Source: Nemertoderma westbladi
Lineage: Eukaryota; Animalia; Xenacoelomorpha
DNA: 64,000 bases
Assembly: GCA_032718475.1 (NCBI GenBank)
Contig: JAUCBJ010001981.1
Coordinates: 13,716 to 77,715 of the forward strand
Reading direction: 5' to 3'
In this document: piece after piece, positions 1-11,300 of the stretch
How the letters are laid out: every line of letters begins with the position of its first letter
Numbering within the stretch: position 1 is the stretch's first letter
The notes under the pieces: model-generated
Seen by the model: only the letters and a program-made list of their open reading frames with translations
What the model was told of the DNA's origin: nothing
The model's database searches: none
Position numbers and translations under genes: made by a program

Positions 1-349
1 TTTCGAAAATGGTTAAAGGCGGCGGTGTGCCGCCTTTTAGAGTAGGATAAGTAATAATCTTTATATAAAAATCTCTGGTACGACAAGAAAATAAACCTTG
101 GTCCGATCAAAATATTTTTCTTGGTCCTTGGAAGTAAAAATTTATGTAATTTATCTTTGGTACGCAAAGTGTTAAAGCACTCAGTACATTCATGACGCTA
201 GAATTTCTATGAAACCCTATTTTTTTTACGAAACTATTACTAATCTATTACGAAACCCAGATTTTTTTATTGACAACGTCAAATAATGTTTTTCTATTTT
301 ATTTATAATAAAATGAAGTTACTATGTTTAGCTTAAGCTAATACTTTTT

Positions 350-622
350 ACGCCCATTTGAAGAATACCAGGATTTCACTTTTCGGTCGACTTTTTATTG
401 GAATATTATATATGAAGATTTTAATTTTTTTTATTTATCGTTTATTAAGTGATTTATAGCGCTTATTTCTGTCTTATGAACCTGTACAGATACTAATTCG
501 TTTATTGTTTTGGTTAGATTCAGACCTTCTGCATTCTGGGTTTTTAGTGAACAGAACACCTGGTATTCTAACTGCAAAGTGAAATATAACAGCATATAGT
601 CTGGTGTAATTTACATGGGCCC
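350..622. mobile_element. Copy of an interspersed MITE-like repeat family (termini resembling CCCATGTGAAGAATACCAG)
   Basis: Nearly the same sequence recurs inverted at ~33420-33692 and split at 33879-33996/37015-37175; short pieces also occur at ~6255-6300 and ~51565-51615. Confidence 0.65.
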
Positions 623-769
623 TTTATTCCAGTGCTATTCCTTTAAAACGACTTCTACTCTAAAATAAAGTGATATATAGGCTAGTGCCTACTCGCTATT
701 AATAAGGAAATCTTAAATTAAAAAAAATTATAATATCAAAAAATAACTGCTTTGCATTTTAGATTTGTC

Positions 770-941
770 TGATTGGCTAGCTTTAACAGAAAACAATGAC
801 GGTGCTGGTTCTTGGATTGGGTTAGCCAGACCGAAAACATCGAGTGGCCAATCGGAAGGCGGGTTACAACGTGACGTAACACCTACGTCATCAGCCGGCG
901 GTTCGCGAAGAGGGTCTTTTACTTTCAATATCCATGTAAGT
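770..941 (+). promoter_or_regulatory. Putative ECD promoter and non-coding first exon
   Basis: CpG-richer island with CCAAT boxes (attgg ~771, ~816; ccaat ~848) and CRE-like tgacgtaa/tacgtca (~871-890). It is followed by a consensus donor at|gtaagt at 936, and a T-rich acceptor (tttttag ~1744) lies upstream of the ECD ATG. Confidence 0.45.
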
Positions 942-1811
942 CGAAGTCGTTATTGACTTCAAACATAGCAATAATATAGTTGACTTAGCAAAACAACCAA
1001 CTACTTCCAAGTTAGCCATTAGCTGACTAAGATTACGCTTGCTGATCATTGACTCGTAATTTCTAGACCACTTAGATAATATTTCTCAATCTCCCCTGGT
1101 TCGTAATGAAAGAAAATGTTTTTTGTCACTCTGCTTTGTGAGATAAAACTCCTAAACAACCAGTTTTTTTTATCTATCATGTTGAACAATAACACATTTG
1201 TTCATAAATTGTAGAGGAAGGTTTAAGCATTAAAAAAATTATTAATAAAAGTTTCACATCTTCCCATACTTTCTGTTTCCGATACTCTCAAGTAATTATG
1301 TCGATGGCGGGAATTTCAAACTATAATTATAAAGGCCCCTATAACCTCAATCCTGCTCATGCTGCCTGCAGCGCACTTCTGCAAACTTGTCCTGAGGTCA
1401 GACTTTATTCACATGTATAATATCATTGTAATACCTGTAAATTGTAATACTATCACAATCCTGCAAGTGTATATGCTGCCACTGCTCTCTCTCTACCCTG
1501 CTCCAACCGATACCACGCCCTCTCGTGTAGGTAGGCCTACCCCTTGCCCTTCAGTCCACCGTCCTGACCGCTCTGTCCACATTATCTCCTATCATTAGGC
1601 CTATCTCCTAACCACACGCTCCTAACTTTTATTTTATTAACAATTTACCAATTTAAAGTATACCAATTTGAAATTTAATTTTTACTATTTCTACTTTTGA
1701 GGTCTATCTTATTATTATAATACCTGTAATACAAATATTTTTAGACAGTTGCGGTAGTGTCTTTAGTTCTGTAATTTCATAGTGTCATATATTACCGCTA
1801 TACCGGTAGAT

Positions 1812-3810
1812 ATGGAAGTTAAAGAAACCCATGAAGTTGATGTCGACACTGTATTTTATGAAATATTTCCGGTAACCGGAAACGAAGTTGACATCGAGAC
1901 ACTTCTCCTGGATATCTACGCGAATCTTCAGGATTTACTTAACGAGTATATCTGGCATTCCGAGCCGTTTTGTCTGTCAGTCACAGTCTGTACCGGTACC
2001 GGTACCGAGGCCTACCGGTACCTAACTGGACGCACCCACTTCGGCGACAATGTAGACGACGAATGGTTTATAGTTTATATTCTCACGAGGTTGACGCGTT
2101 TATTCCCCGGTCTGGTCGCCCACGTTGCAGATGGCGACGGCTACTTCCTGCTGGTAGAGGCGGCAAACCTGCTCCCGTCCTGGATGGAACCGTCTCGAGT
2201 CGGCAACCGGGTCTACCTGTACGCAGGGGCGCTGCACGTGTTGCCTTACGCGCAGCACCCCGGCAACCTGACGCAGTGGCCTTGCGGGACCCCTCCCTCC
2301 CCCGCACAGGGGGCGTTGTGTATCCCGGACAATGCGAAGGTTACCGTCTGCGACCCGTCCGTACAAACCTGTCTGCAAGATAAACTCGATAAGTTCGACT
2401 CTTTTGATCAGCTTAGTCATCGCGCCGTCTGCTTCCTTCCCTTTGAGGTGGCCGCGGTTCTGGGCTCGACTCCGGGGCTGGTCGCGCACGCCGTTAACGC
2501 CTTCGTTAATCGGGATCCCGCGGATCGCCGCCGCTTCCGAAAACAACTCCGGTTCCGGCCGGAATGCCGCGTTCGCGCGCGGATTAAGTTCACGAGGTTT
2601 CTGTTCGCGCAGCTTCGGTCTCAGTCGTTCTGTGTGGAGCCGCCGTGGTCCGTGTGTGAATCGCGCCCTCCAGCGGCCGAGTCGCGCCCTTTAGCGGCCG
2701 AGTCGCGCCCTCTAGCGGCCGTGTTGCGCCTTCCAGCGGCCGAGTCGCGCCCTCTAGCGGTCGAGTCGCGCCCTCTAGCGGCCGAGTCACGCCCCTCAGC
2801 GACGGAGATTGAACTCGGCGTTCAGTTAACCTTCGGTTTCGTGTCTATCTTGTCTCGACTACCCCCCCGAACATTCGATGATCTCGACTTCCGGTTGTGG
2901 GACAAATACCTGGAGTCGTTGACCCGTTCCGATTACTTCCGCGGCCAAATGGAAGGATCGAAGTTGCACAGCGAGTTACTAAACAAAGCGAAATCGTACT
3001 TCGGGAAGAATTGCGCGACTATTAAAGGCGAAACGAGCAGATAATAATCCGGGTTTATTAATTAGCGAGGCGTTGGGATCGTTGGTTACAAGTTGGGAGG
3101 ATTGGAGAGCGAAGGAAGACTCTGTGGGGCTGTCGGACGGTGAATCCTGGATGGTGGTGAGTAAGGAAGAGTTGGATGGAATGTTGGAGAGGCGGTATGG
3201 TGAGGTTGGGGAGACATCGATGGAGGATGGGGTGCGGAACTTCTTGTATGCGAGTTCGGGGTTCGAAGGGGCAGATTGTGTGGAGGAGGAATTCTATGGG
3301 ACGCCGGGTGATTCAGATTCCGATGGAGATTGTGATGAAGTAGTTGGTGGATCCAAGTCTGTGCCGGTAGTTGGCGGATCCAAGTCTGCGCCGGTAGATA
3401 TGCGCGCGTATATAGATCAATTGATTTCCGGAGGTTCTGTTCATCATAATCACTTTGGAGGCGTTATAGAAGGTGAGGATGATGACAACTCTTCTAACTC
3501 TGGTGACTCGTCTGGTGATGTTGGAGACCCTGAGAACGAGGAACTATCCGAAATGTTTGAGTACATGGCCTCCATGGATAGGGAGTTAGCCGGTACTGCT
3601 TTGAGTGAAAGTTTTGTCAGAGTCGGGGATAACGCTCCACCTGTAACTCAATCTCGAGACGTTGCGAGTGCTTCCGGTCGCGTCGATGTTGATATGAATT
3701 TAGTTAGTAATCTACTCGAATCGTTCTCCAATCAAGCCGGTTTACCCGGCCCAACCTCAACTCTCCTTCGATCTATTGGCGTCAACATCGAGGATTATCG
3801 GAAACATTGA
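1812..3810 (+). CDS. ECD: Ecdysoneless homolog (ECD/SGT1 family); two ORF pieces 1812-3044 and ~3040-3810 separated by a frame break
   Basis: Family motifs: YIWHSEPF, GRTHFGDNVDDEWFIVYIL, DGDGYFLLVEAANLLPSWM, NRVYLYAGALH, KFTRFLFAQL, YFRGQMEGS; C-terminal YMASMDRELAGT and DVDMNLVSNLLESFSNQAGLPGPTSTLL. First ATG at 1812. Confidence 0.93.
2658..2801 (+). repeat. In-frame 21-bp coding minisatellite (~7 copies, ESRPLAA) inside ECD
   Basis: Unit gagtcgcgccctctagcggcc repeated with few substitutions. Confidence 0.95.
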
Positions 3811-4152
3811 TTCGGATATTTCGATTCAATTATATTATTATTATAGATTGATTTATTTATTATTTCTGAAAATAAAGAAAATAAATGAGAATAAAATATT
3901 TTGCCTTATTTAAATAATTTTGTTTATATTCCAGTACCGTTTTCCACTTTTCATTAATTTGATTTCGAACATAGAGTTGTTAACCTAACTGCGTTTTAGG
4001 TTAAGATGGTCATTATCATTGGGAGTGTTAGACAATTTAATAGGACAGTTGTTACTAAGCGGAATTTATGAAAGAGGTTTTTGCACGTGATGGCGAACGT
4101 TGTAGCGTACATAAAAACAGTTGAATGGTAGAAATGGAAATTCTGTAGGTTA

Positions 4153-4483
4153 AAGGCCTGTTATCGCTGACCTGAGTCAGTTATACCTGAGTAATTTGGA
4201 ATGTTAAAACCTAAAATATAGAATAAAGCTCCAAAACAGCTTTATAATAAAGCTGCATAAAAGTTAAAAAAAGCTTGAAAAAAGCTCAAAAAAAGGCTGT
4301 GTCGAATATCATAATTATCTAAATAAAAAACCCCAATTTATTTAATAATTATCTAATTCTAGAACTAATTCTTGAAAAAAAGCTTGAAAAAATCTCAAAA
4401 AGCATGAAAAAAAGCTCAAAAAGAAAATAGAAAAACAGCTCAAAATACCGCGCACATTAAAAGGCAGCGCGGAAACGGGCCTT
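4153..4483. mobile_element. Small MITE-like element
   Basis: Imperfect TIRs aaggcctgttatcgc / gcggaaacgggcctt enclosing many aaaaagct(c/t) subrepeats. Confidence 0.5.
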
Positions 4484-5297
4484 GAACCAAAAAGGCAGTT
4501 GATAGATATTAAGTATCAAACATTGAGACAGTCTGACTGGCCCCGTACAAATATTTGCTTAAATTTTATGCCAAGGCTCACTAAATGCGTTACTGGTTGG
4601 TCCCTAGCTCAGCTCACAGACAATTGATAATTTCCTTTGATCACATGATAAGGTCGCTCCCATAGGTATGGAAATGTTTGCGGAAAATAATATCCGCCAA
4701 TATAATTGGATATCTTAATTATGCTTGGCATTTGGCCATTAATAATTTTTGACTTATTACTATCGGCAGTGCATTGACATGAATCTGGGGTTATTGAGTC
4801 TCGGTATTATACGATTTGAGGGTTATTACATGGAGCACTGTAGCAGCCAACTGATGTTCTGAGCAGCCTGACAACCTTCGACACACAATCAAACTCTCAT
4901 AAAACCATTCGCATTTCCATGATATTCATATTCAGCCTTTTCATATTTTAATTTCCTTTAGGCCAACATTCGGTATTTTTGTAAATAAAATTAATTACTT
5001 TAATTATATCCTAAATAAAAACACGCATGTCCTACCTAATCGTATGGAATTACTATAACACTTGAAGCCCTGTATTTTTTAAGTTGTAACACTGTGCAAA
5101 AGTTGGTAACACTGAATATATTATTTGTATATTGTTTAAAACTTTACTTTATTTCCTCGCTTTACACTATGCCCGGATTTAACAAGTCATTACAATATTT
5201 ACTCCAACCCTACAACCGTAACACACACATCAACGGTGGCTTCAGTCGCCATCACTCCCACCCAGACAATCTAGAAACATTGCGTCGTCATAGCGAT

Positions 5298-5341
5298 CAC
5301 GTGACGTCATATGCGTCAGAATTGGATAGTTGCTCAGCAAC
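5298..5341 (+). promoter_or_regulatory. FBF1 proximal promoter: E-box/CRE, CCAAT and RFX X-box-like palindrome
   Basis: cacgtgacgtca 5298-5309, attgg 5321-5325, GTTGCTCAGCAAC 5329-5341, which ends 10 nt before the predicted ATG. Confidence 0.6.
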
Positions 5342-5351
5342 CGATTCCGAT

Positions 5352-5384
5352 ATGACCTCAAATATTAATTACAACGATGAAACG
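5352..5384 (+). CDS. FBF1: FBF1 coding exon 1 (MTSNINYNDET)
   Basis: ATG just after the X-box; donor gtaata; phase 0 fits the next exon. Confidence 0.55.
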
Positions 5385-8300
5385 GTAATAAATTTATTAT
5401 TAAACATCTAAGTGACGAAAAGTTGCCACGTGTAAACAGGCCTAAATGACCTAGTGACGAAATTTAATTGAAAACGCATGTAATTCGATGGGATTCACTA
5501 CTCCCCAGGAGAGGGTGAGAGAGTTCTTTGGTCACTAAACTCATCAAATGTATATTCCTTCAAATCATTTTAACTATGCACAATTATTTATCCATGTCAT
5601 GTAATTTTAATTATTAATTTTAAGTATAGTGCGATATACTTGTCGCCGCATTACATTAAATTATTATTATTGTTTATGAAAAGGTTTAAAACTACCAATG
5701 TCTGACTAAAGCGTTATGGTTTTGTTCTGGAATTGTTATATGTAAGCTACAAGTACTACTACATTTACATATTCGGTTTATACTATTTTAGGAAGATGCT
5801 TCTAGGGATTTCGACAAGGCGAGCGTTTCCAGCAAGGATAGACGCGTTAAATCGGCACCGGAGAAATCAATGAGTGAATTGATGGGGTTAGGAGAGGAGG
5901 TCGATATAGATAGTTTGCTAAGGTTGGTTGGTAACACGCCAGTTAGTTATCTTGGGGAACTAAGCCTAGAGTATCTATAGTTGGTACTAAATCGCTGCTA
6001 ATCATTCGCATGAAGTCTTCTCCGTTTCAAGTAATGCAAAGAGCCAGAAGTTAACTATCTATTTGTAAAAGTATAATTTTTATACTTCTTCTTTATTTAA
6101 CCGTTTAATTTAATTCATAATAGTGACTGGCTTAAACATTTTATAGTAGGGCTACTCCTAATATCAGATGGGTGAGACTTTTGACGCAATCAAAATCCAT
6201 CCCTCCCCAGGGGAAAATCGACGCAAATAACAGCTGATTACTCCTGAAAATAAAATTATAACCTGTTCTATTGGGTTTGGTTTATTGTTTTGGTTAGAAT
6301 AACGTGTAATAATATGCTTTTTATAGTTATTCACTTCCAGAATATTGTATGGTAAGGTTATTTATTATAGGATTATAATAGGATTCTAATTGTAATAGAG
6401 ACGAAAAAAAACTGTAAATCTATTGTTAAATATTAAATAATTTAATGTTATAATTTATTATAGTAGATCTTGATGCTTGTTAGCTGCACCTTGCAGAATG
6501 CTGCTGCTCACTCAAAGTCCTATTTATCGTCAACATACTATTTTGACATACCGGTTCTGTACTTTGACTAGGAAGGCCTACTGGGGCAGTATGAACTGCG
6601 AAATGAAAGTAATTGATGTTGTCCCTGTTCTGGGTGTACCAGTTTACTGGCCTAACTTTCTAGCTGTGGACGCTACTAGATTCTTACCAGTAGCGTATAA
6701 ACCATTCTCACTTTAAACTGTATAATGCTTTCCCATCAGCCATATAAAGTTGCGTACATTATACAGGGTACATATCTACTAAGTTTCGAAATATTTTCAT
6801 TTACTAAAGAAACAATAATTAGTAAGTTGTTTTATTCGGTATATTATAATTTGTTTGTTGTCTAGGAAACAATCAGCACCACCGACGGCTTCTGCTGGAG
6901 GGAAGCCCCCACGTACACCGTTGCCCCTACCAACATCCAATGAAAGCGCTTCCAGAGATACGTCGATCAAGGGAAGTGTCAAGTAAGTGTGAGCCTCTAG
7001 TAAGTGTGAGCCACTAGTAAGTGTGAACCACTAGTAAGTGTGAGCCACTAGTAAGTGTGAGCCACTAGTAAGTGTGAGCCACTAGTAAGTGTGAGCCACT
7101 AGTAAGTGTGAGCCTCTAGTAAGTGTGAGACACTAGTAAGTGTGAATCTCTATTAAGTGTGAGCCACTAGTAAGTGTGAGCCACTAGTAATTGTGAACCA
7201 CTATTAAGTGTGAGCCACTAGTAAGTGTGAGCCACTAGTAAGTGTGAGCCACTAGTAATTGTGAGCCCCTAGTAAGTGTGAGTCACTAGTAAGTGCGAGC
7301 CACTAGTAAGTGTGAGCCACTAGTGAGTGTGAGCCACTAGTAAGTGTGAACCACTAGTAAGTGTGAGCCACTAGTAAGTGTGAGCCACTAGTAAGTGTGA
7401 GCCACTAGTAAGTGTGAGCCACTATTAAGTGTGAGCCACTAGTAAGTGTGAGCCACTAGTAAGTGTGAGCCACTAGTAATTGTGAGCCCCTAGTAAGTGT
7501 GAGTCACTAGTAAGTGCGAGCCACTAGTAAGTGTGAGCCACTAGTAAGTGTGAGCCACTAGTAAGTGTGAACCACTAGTAAGTGTGAGCCACTAGTAAGT
7601 GTGAGCCACTAGTAATTGTGAACCACTATTAAGTGTGAGCCACTAGTAAGTGTGAGCCACTAGTAAGTGTGAGCCACTAGTAATTGTGAGCCCCTAGTAA
7701 GTGTGAGTCACTAGTAAGTGCGAGCCACTAGTAAGTGTGAGCCACTAGTAAGTGTGAGCCACTAGTAAGTGTGAGCCACTAGTAAGTGTGAGCCACTAGT
7801 AATTGTGAGCCCCTAGTAAGTGTGAGTCACTAGTAAGTGCGAGCCACTAGTAAGTGTGAGCCACTAGTAAGTGTGAGCCACTAGTAAGTGCGAGCCAGCA
7901 GTAAGTGTGAGCCACTAGTAAGTGTGAGCCACTAGTAAGTGTGAGCCACTAGTAAGTGTGAGCCACTAGTAATTGTGAGCCCCTAGTAAGTGTGAGTCAC
8001 TAGTAAGTGCGAGCCACTAGTAAGTGTGAGCCACTAGTAAGTGTGAGCCACTAGTAAGTGCGAGCCAGCAGTAATTGTGAGCCCCTAGTAAGTGTGAGCC
8101 ACTAGTAAATGTGAACCACTAGTAAGTGCGAGCCACTAGTAAGTGTGAGCCACTAGTAAGTGTGAGCCACTAGTAAGTGTGAGCCACTAGTAATTGTGAG
8201 CCCCTAGTAAGTGTGAGTCACTAGTAAGTGCGAGCCACTAGTAAATGTGAACCACTAGTAAGTGTGAGCCACTAGTAAGTGTGAGCCACTAGTAAGTGTG

Positions 8301-11300
8301 AGCCACTAGTAAGTGTGAGCCACTAGTAAGTGTGAGCCACTAGTAAGTGTGAGCCACTAGTAATTGTGAGCCCCTAGTAAGTGTGAGTCACCAGTAAGTG
8401 CGAGCCACTAGTAAGTGTGAGCCACTAGTAAATGTAAACCACTAGTAAGTGTGAGCCACTAGTAAGTGTGAGCCACTAGTAAGTGTGAGCCACTAGTAAA
8501 TGTGAACCACTAGTAAGTGTGAGCCACTAGTAAGTGTGAGCCACTAGTAAGTGTGAGCCACTAGTAAGTGTGAGCCACTAGTAAGTGTGAGCCACTAGTA
8601 AATGTGAACCACTAGTAAGTGTGAGCCACTAGTAAGTGTGAGCCACTAGTAAGTGTGAGCCACTAGTAAGTGTGAGCCACTAGTAATTGTGAGCCACTAG
8701 TAAGTGTGAGCCACTAGTAAGTGTGAGCCACTAGTAAGTGTGAGCCACTAGTAAGTGTGAGCCACTAGTAAGTGTGAGCTACTAGTAAGTGTGAGCCACT
8801 AGTAAGTGTGAGCCACTAGTAAGTGTGAGCCACTAGTAATTGTGAGCCCCTAGTAATTGTGAGCCCCTAGTAAGTGTGAGCCACTAGTAAGTGTGAGCCA
8901 CTAGTAAATGTGAGCCACTAGTAAGTGTGAGCCACTAGTAAGTGTGAGCCACTAGTAAGTGTGAGCCACTAGTAAGTGTGAACCACTAGTAAGTGTGAGC
9001 CACTAGTAAGTGTGAGCCACTAGTAAGTGTGAGCCACTAGTAAGTGTGAGCCACTAGTAAGTGTGAGCCACTAGTAAGTGTGAGCCACTAGTAAGTGTGA
9101 GCCACTAGTAAGTGCGAGCCAGCAGTAAGTGTGAGCCACTAGTAAGTGCGAGCTAGTCCTAGTAGTAACCTGTGTACCGCCTGTTTATGATGACCAAACA
9201 CCCCATACGTCCCACAACGTATCCATTGGCTGTTATGTAATTGATACACTCGTTCATTGGGTAAAGTTAATCAATGTAGACCAATCAATAGGCGTCAATG
9301 GTTATTATTTATTTTACTATTTGATTTTTAGATCATTTAGTAGAAGTCATTTTGAAGACGACAGTGCAGACAGTATGGGCCCTCTACCAAAGAAAGAAAT
9401 ACTGTAAGTTATTTAAATTCCTTGGGTTGGATAGGCGTATTATTCTTCTGGGTTTGTTTATCATACAATACGTTTACCAAACTCGAGCACCAAGTAAATA
9501 AATCAGGAGGCATCTTCTTCGAAACCTATTGGTTCCATACACAAGTATGACGTATGAACCACCTCAAATCTGTTCCTACAAATCTGAATCACATTTTCAC
9601 GGAATTTTAAACAGAAATGTTTCATATTTCATTGCTATTATACTAAACTGTCAGGGCACTGTTGCCTTCGAAGATACCTTTAACCAATATGTTGCTCCCT
9701 CTAGCGACATGTATTCGGTATCGGATAGTGCTGAAGAGAGAAGAACATTAAATAGACGTCTGTCGGTCCCTCTTATATTAAGGTAGCCCCATCTCGTGTT
9801 AGAACTAAGCCACGCTTTGTTTAAGGCAATAACGCGTTGATGTGCATAGATTACAGTGTGTAATAATAATTATTGACTGTTAGAATTGAATTAGCTAGAA
9901 TTAGTCGTAACGCTTTATTTTAGTTGTATATTAGTTTAACAGAACCGTCGAAGAAACAAATATTTAATGATGTAATATTATGGTTTTGTTCAGAAATGGA
10001 AAAAAATTAGGAAGCACGTCACCTGGGGTTGAACCAGAGCTATACATACGTTTCGGCCTATCAGGCCGAAACAGGTAGCGTAGCGCTAACCAGTTCAGCC
10101 ACTTGCCCCTAACACTTACTCTCCCATCTAATCCACTTCTATTGAACAGGCAGTCTTAAGTTGCATATGTTCCTCAGTTGCATCCTGAAGAGGGCTGATA
10201 GGCCGAAACGTACGTATAGCGCTGGTTCAACCCCCGGTGAAGTGCTTCGTAATTTTTTCCATTTCTGAGCAAAACCTTAATAATATTATACATCATTAAA
10301 TACAGTTGCATTAACAGCTCATATGTTTGTCTCTAAGAACCATTATTACAGTATTGTATTTTATACTATTTATTGTGCTGTTGTTTTGTGCTGTTAGTAT
10401 TTAATGCGACTTTGCTGAGCCTTTGTTATCTGTTTCTTCTTAAAGCTAACTAACTATTTGCGGAATAATTATTAACACAAGTTTTGTAAATATATTAATT
10501 AATTTCGTTGTCTATCAAATTTACAATCACAAATTTAATTTTATGAAAGATTGACAAGCGGGTTAGTCAGAATTTACCAGACCTTAGGCCCACCGCTACC
10601 AAATTCAAACATTCTCGAATTTGATAGCCAAATATTCCGGCGACATAAATTACATGTACTCGTAATTTTACCCGATTTAACGATTAAACTACGCAGATCA
10701 GCTAAGAATCTCGGGTTTAATTATTCGATCTTATCCATCGATTGATCTAATACAGCTTTAGGCCCGTGTCACACATGAGCTTCAATTTCAACTATCCTTT
10801 TTATGCCAAATTAAAATAACCATTGGCTTTGTCTATATTTCAATTTACCAGCTATAAAAATATCTCAGATAATGCATAATTCAGTTGAAATAGTTGTTAT
10901 TTTTGATTGGTTGTCAATGATATCAACTTTCAAGTAAGATACAGTAGAACATAGGACTAGCGTATTTTGAAAGTACAAGGGCGAGAGGATAAATATTTAA
11001 TTAGTAGATTAAATATGACTTCGTAACATTATATCTGATATATTGTTACTTAGTGGGACCCTTAGCGGTGATGACCCGCGAACGCAAAAGACACCTCAAC
11101 TAGCTCCCGAGGCATTCCTTGACTTGGCCGTAGACAAACCACGAAATCGCAGGTGAGCGGATTCTTCATACCTAGCATTCTACCTCGGTAGGTTATTGAT
11201 TATAATTATACTACGATGCTGTTTAATTAATATTAATTATTCTCCTGTATAATAATTTTTTATCGTTTTACTTATAAATTAGATACCTGATAGAAGACGA

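Noticed and set aside
1970-2790. Overlapping alternative-frame and antisense ORFs within ECD (likewise within CCAR1 and 47600-50300)
   Set aside because: Shadow ORFs expected in GC-rich coding sequence.
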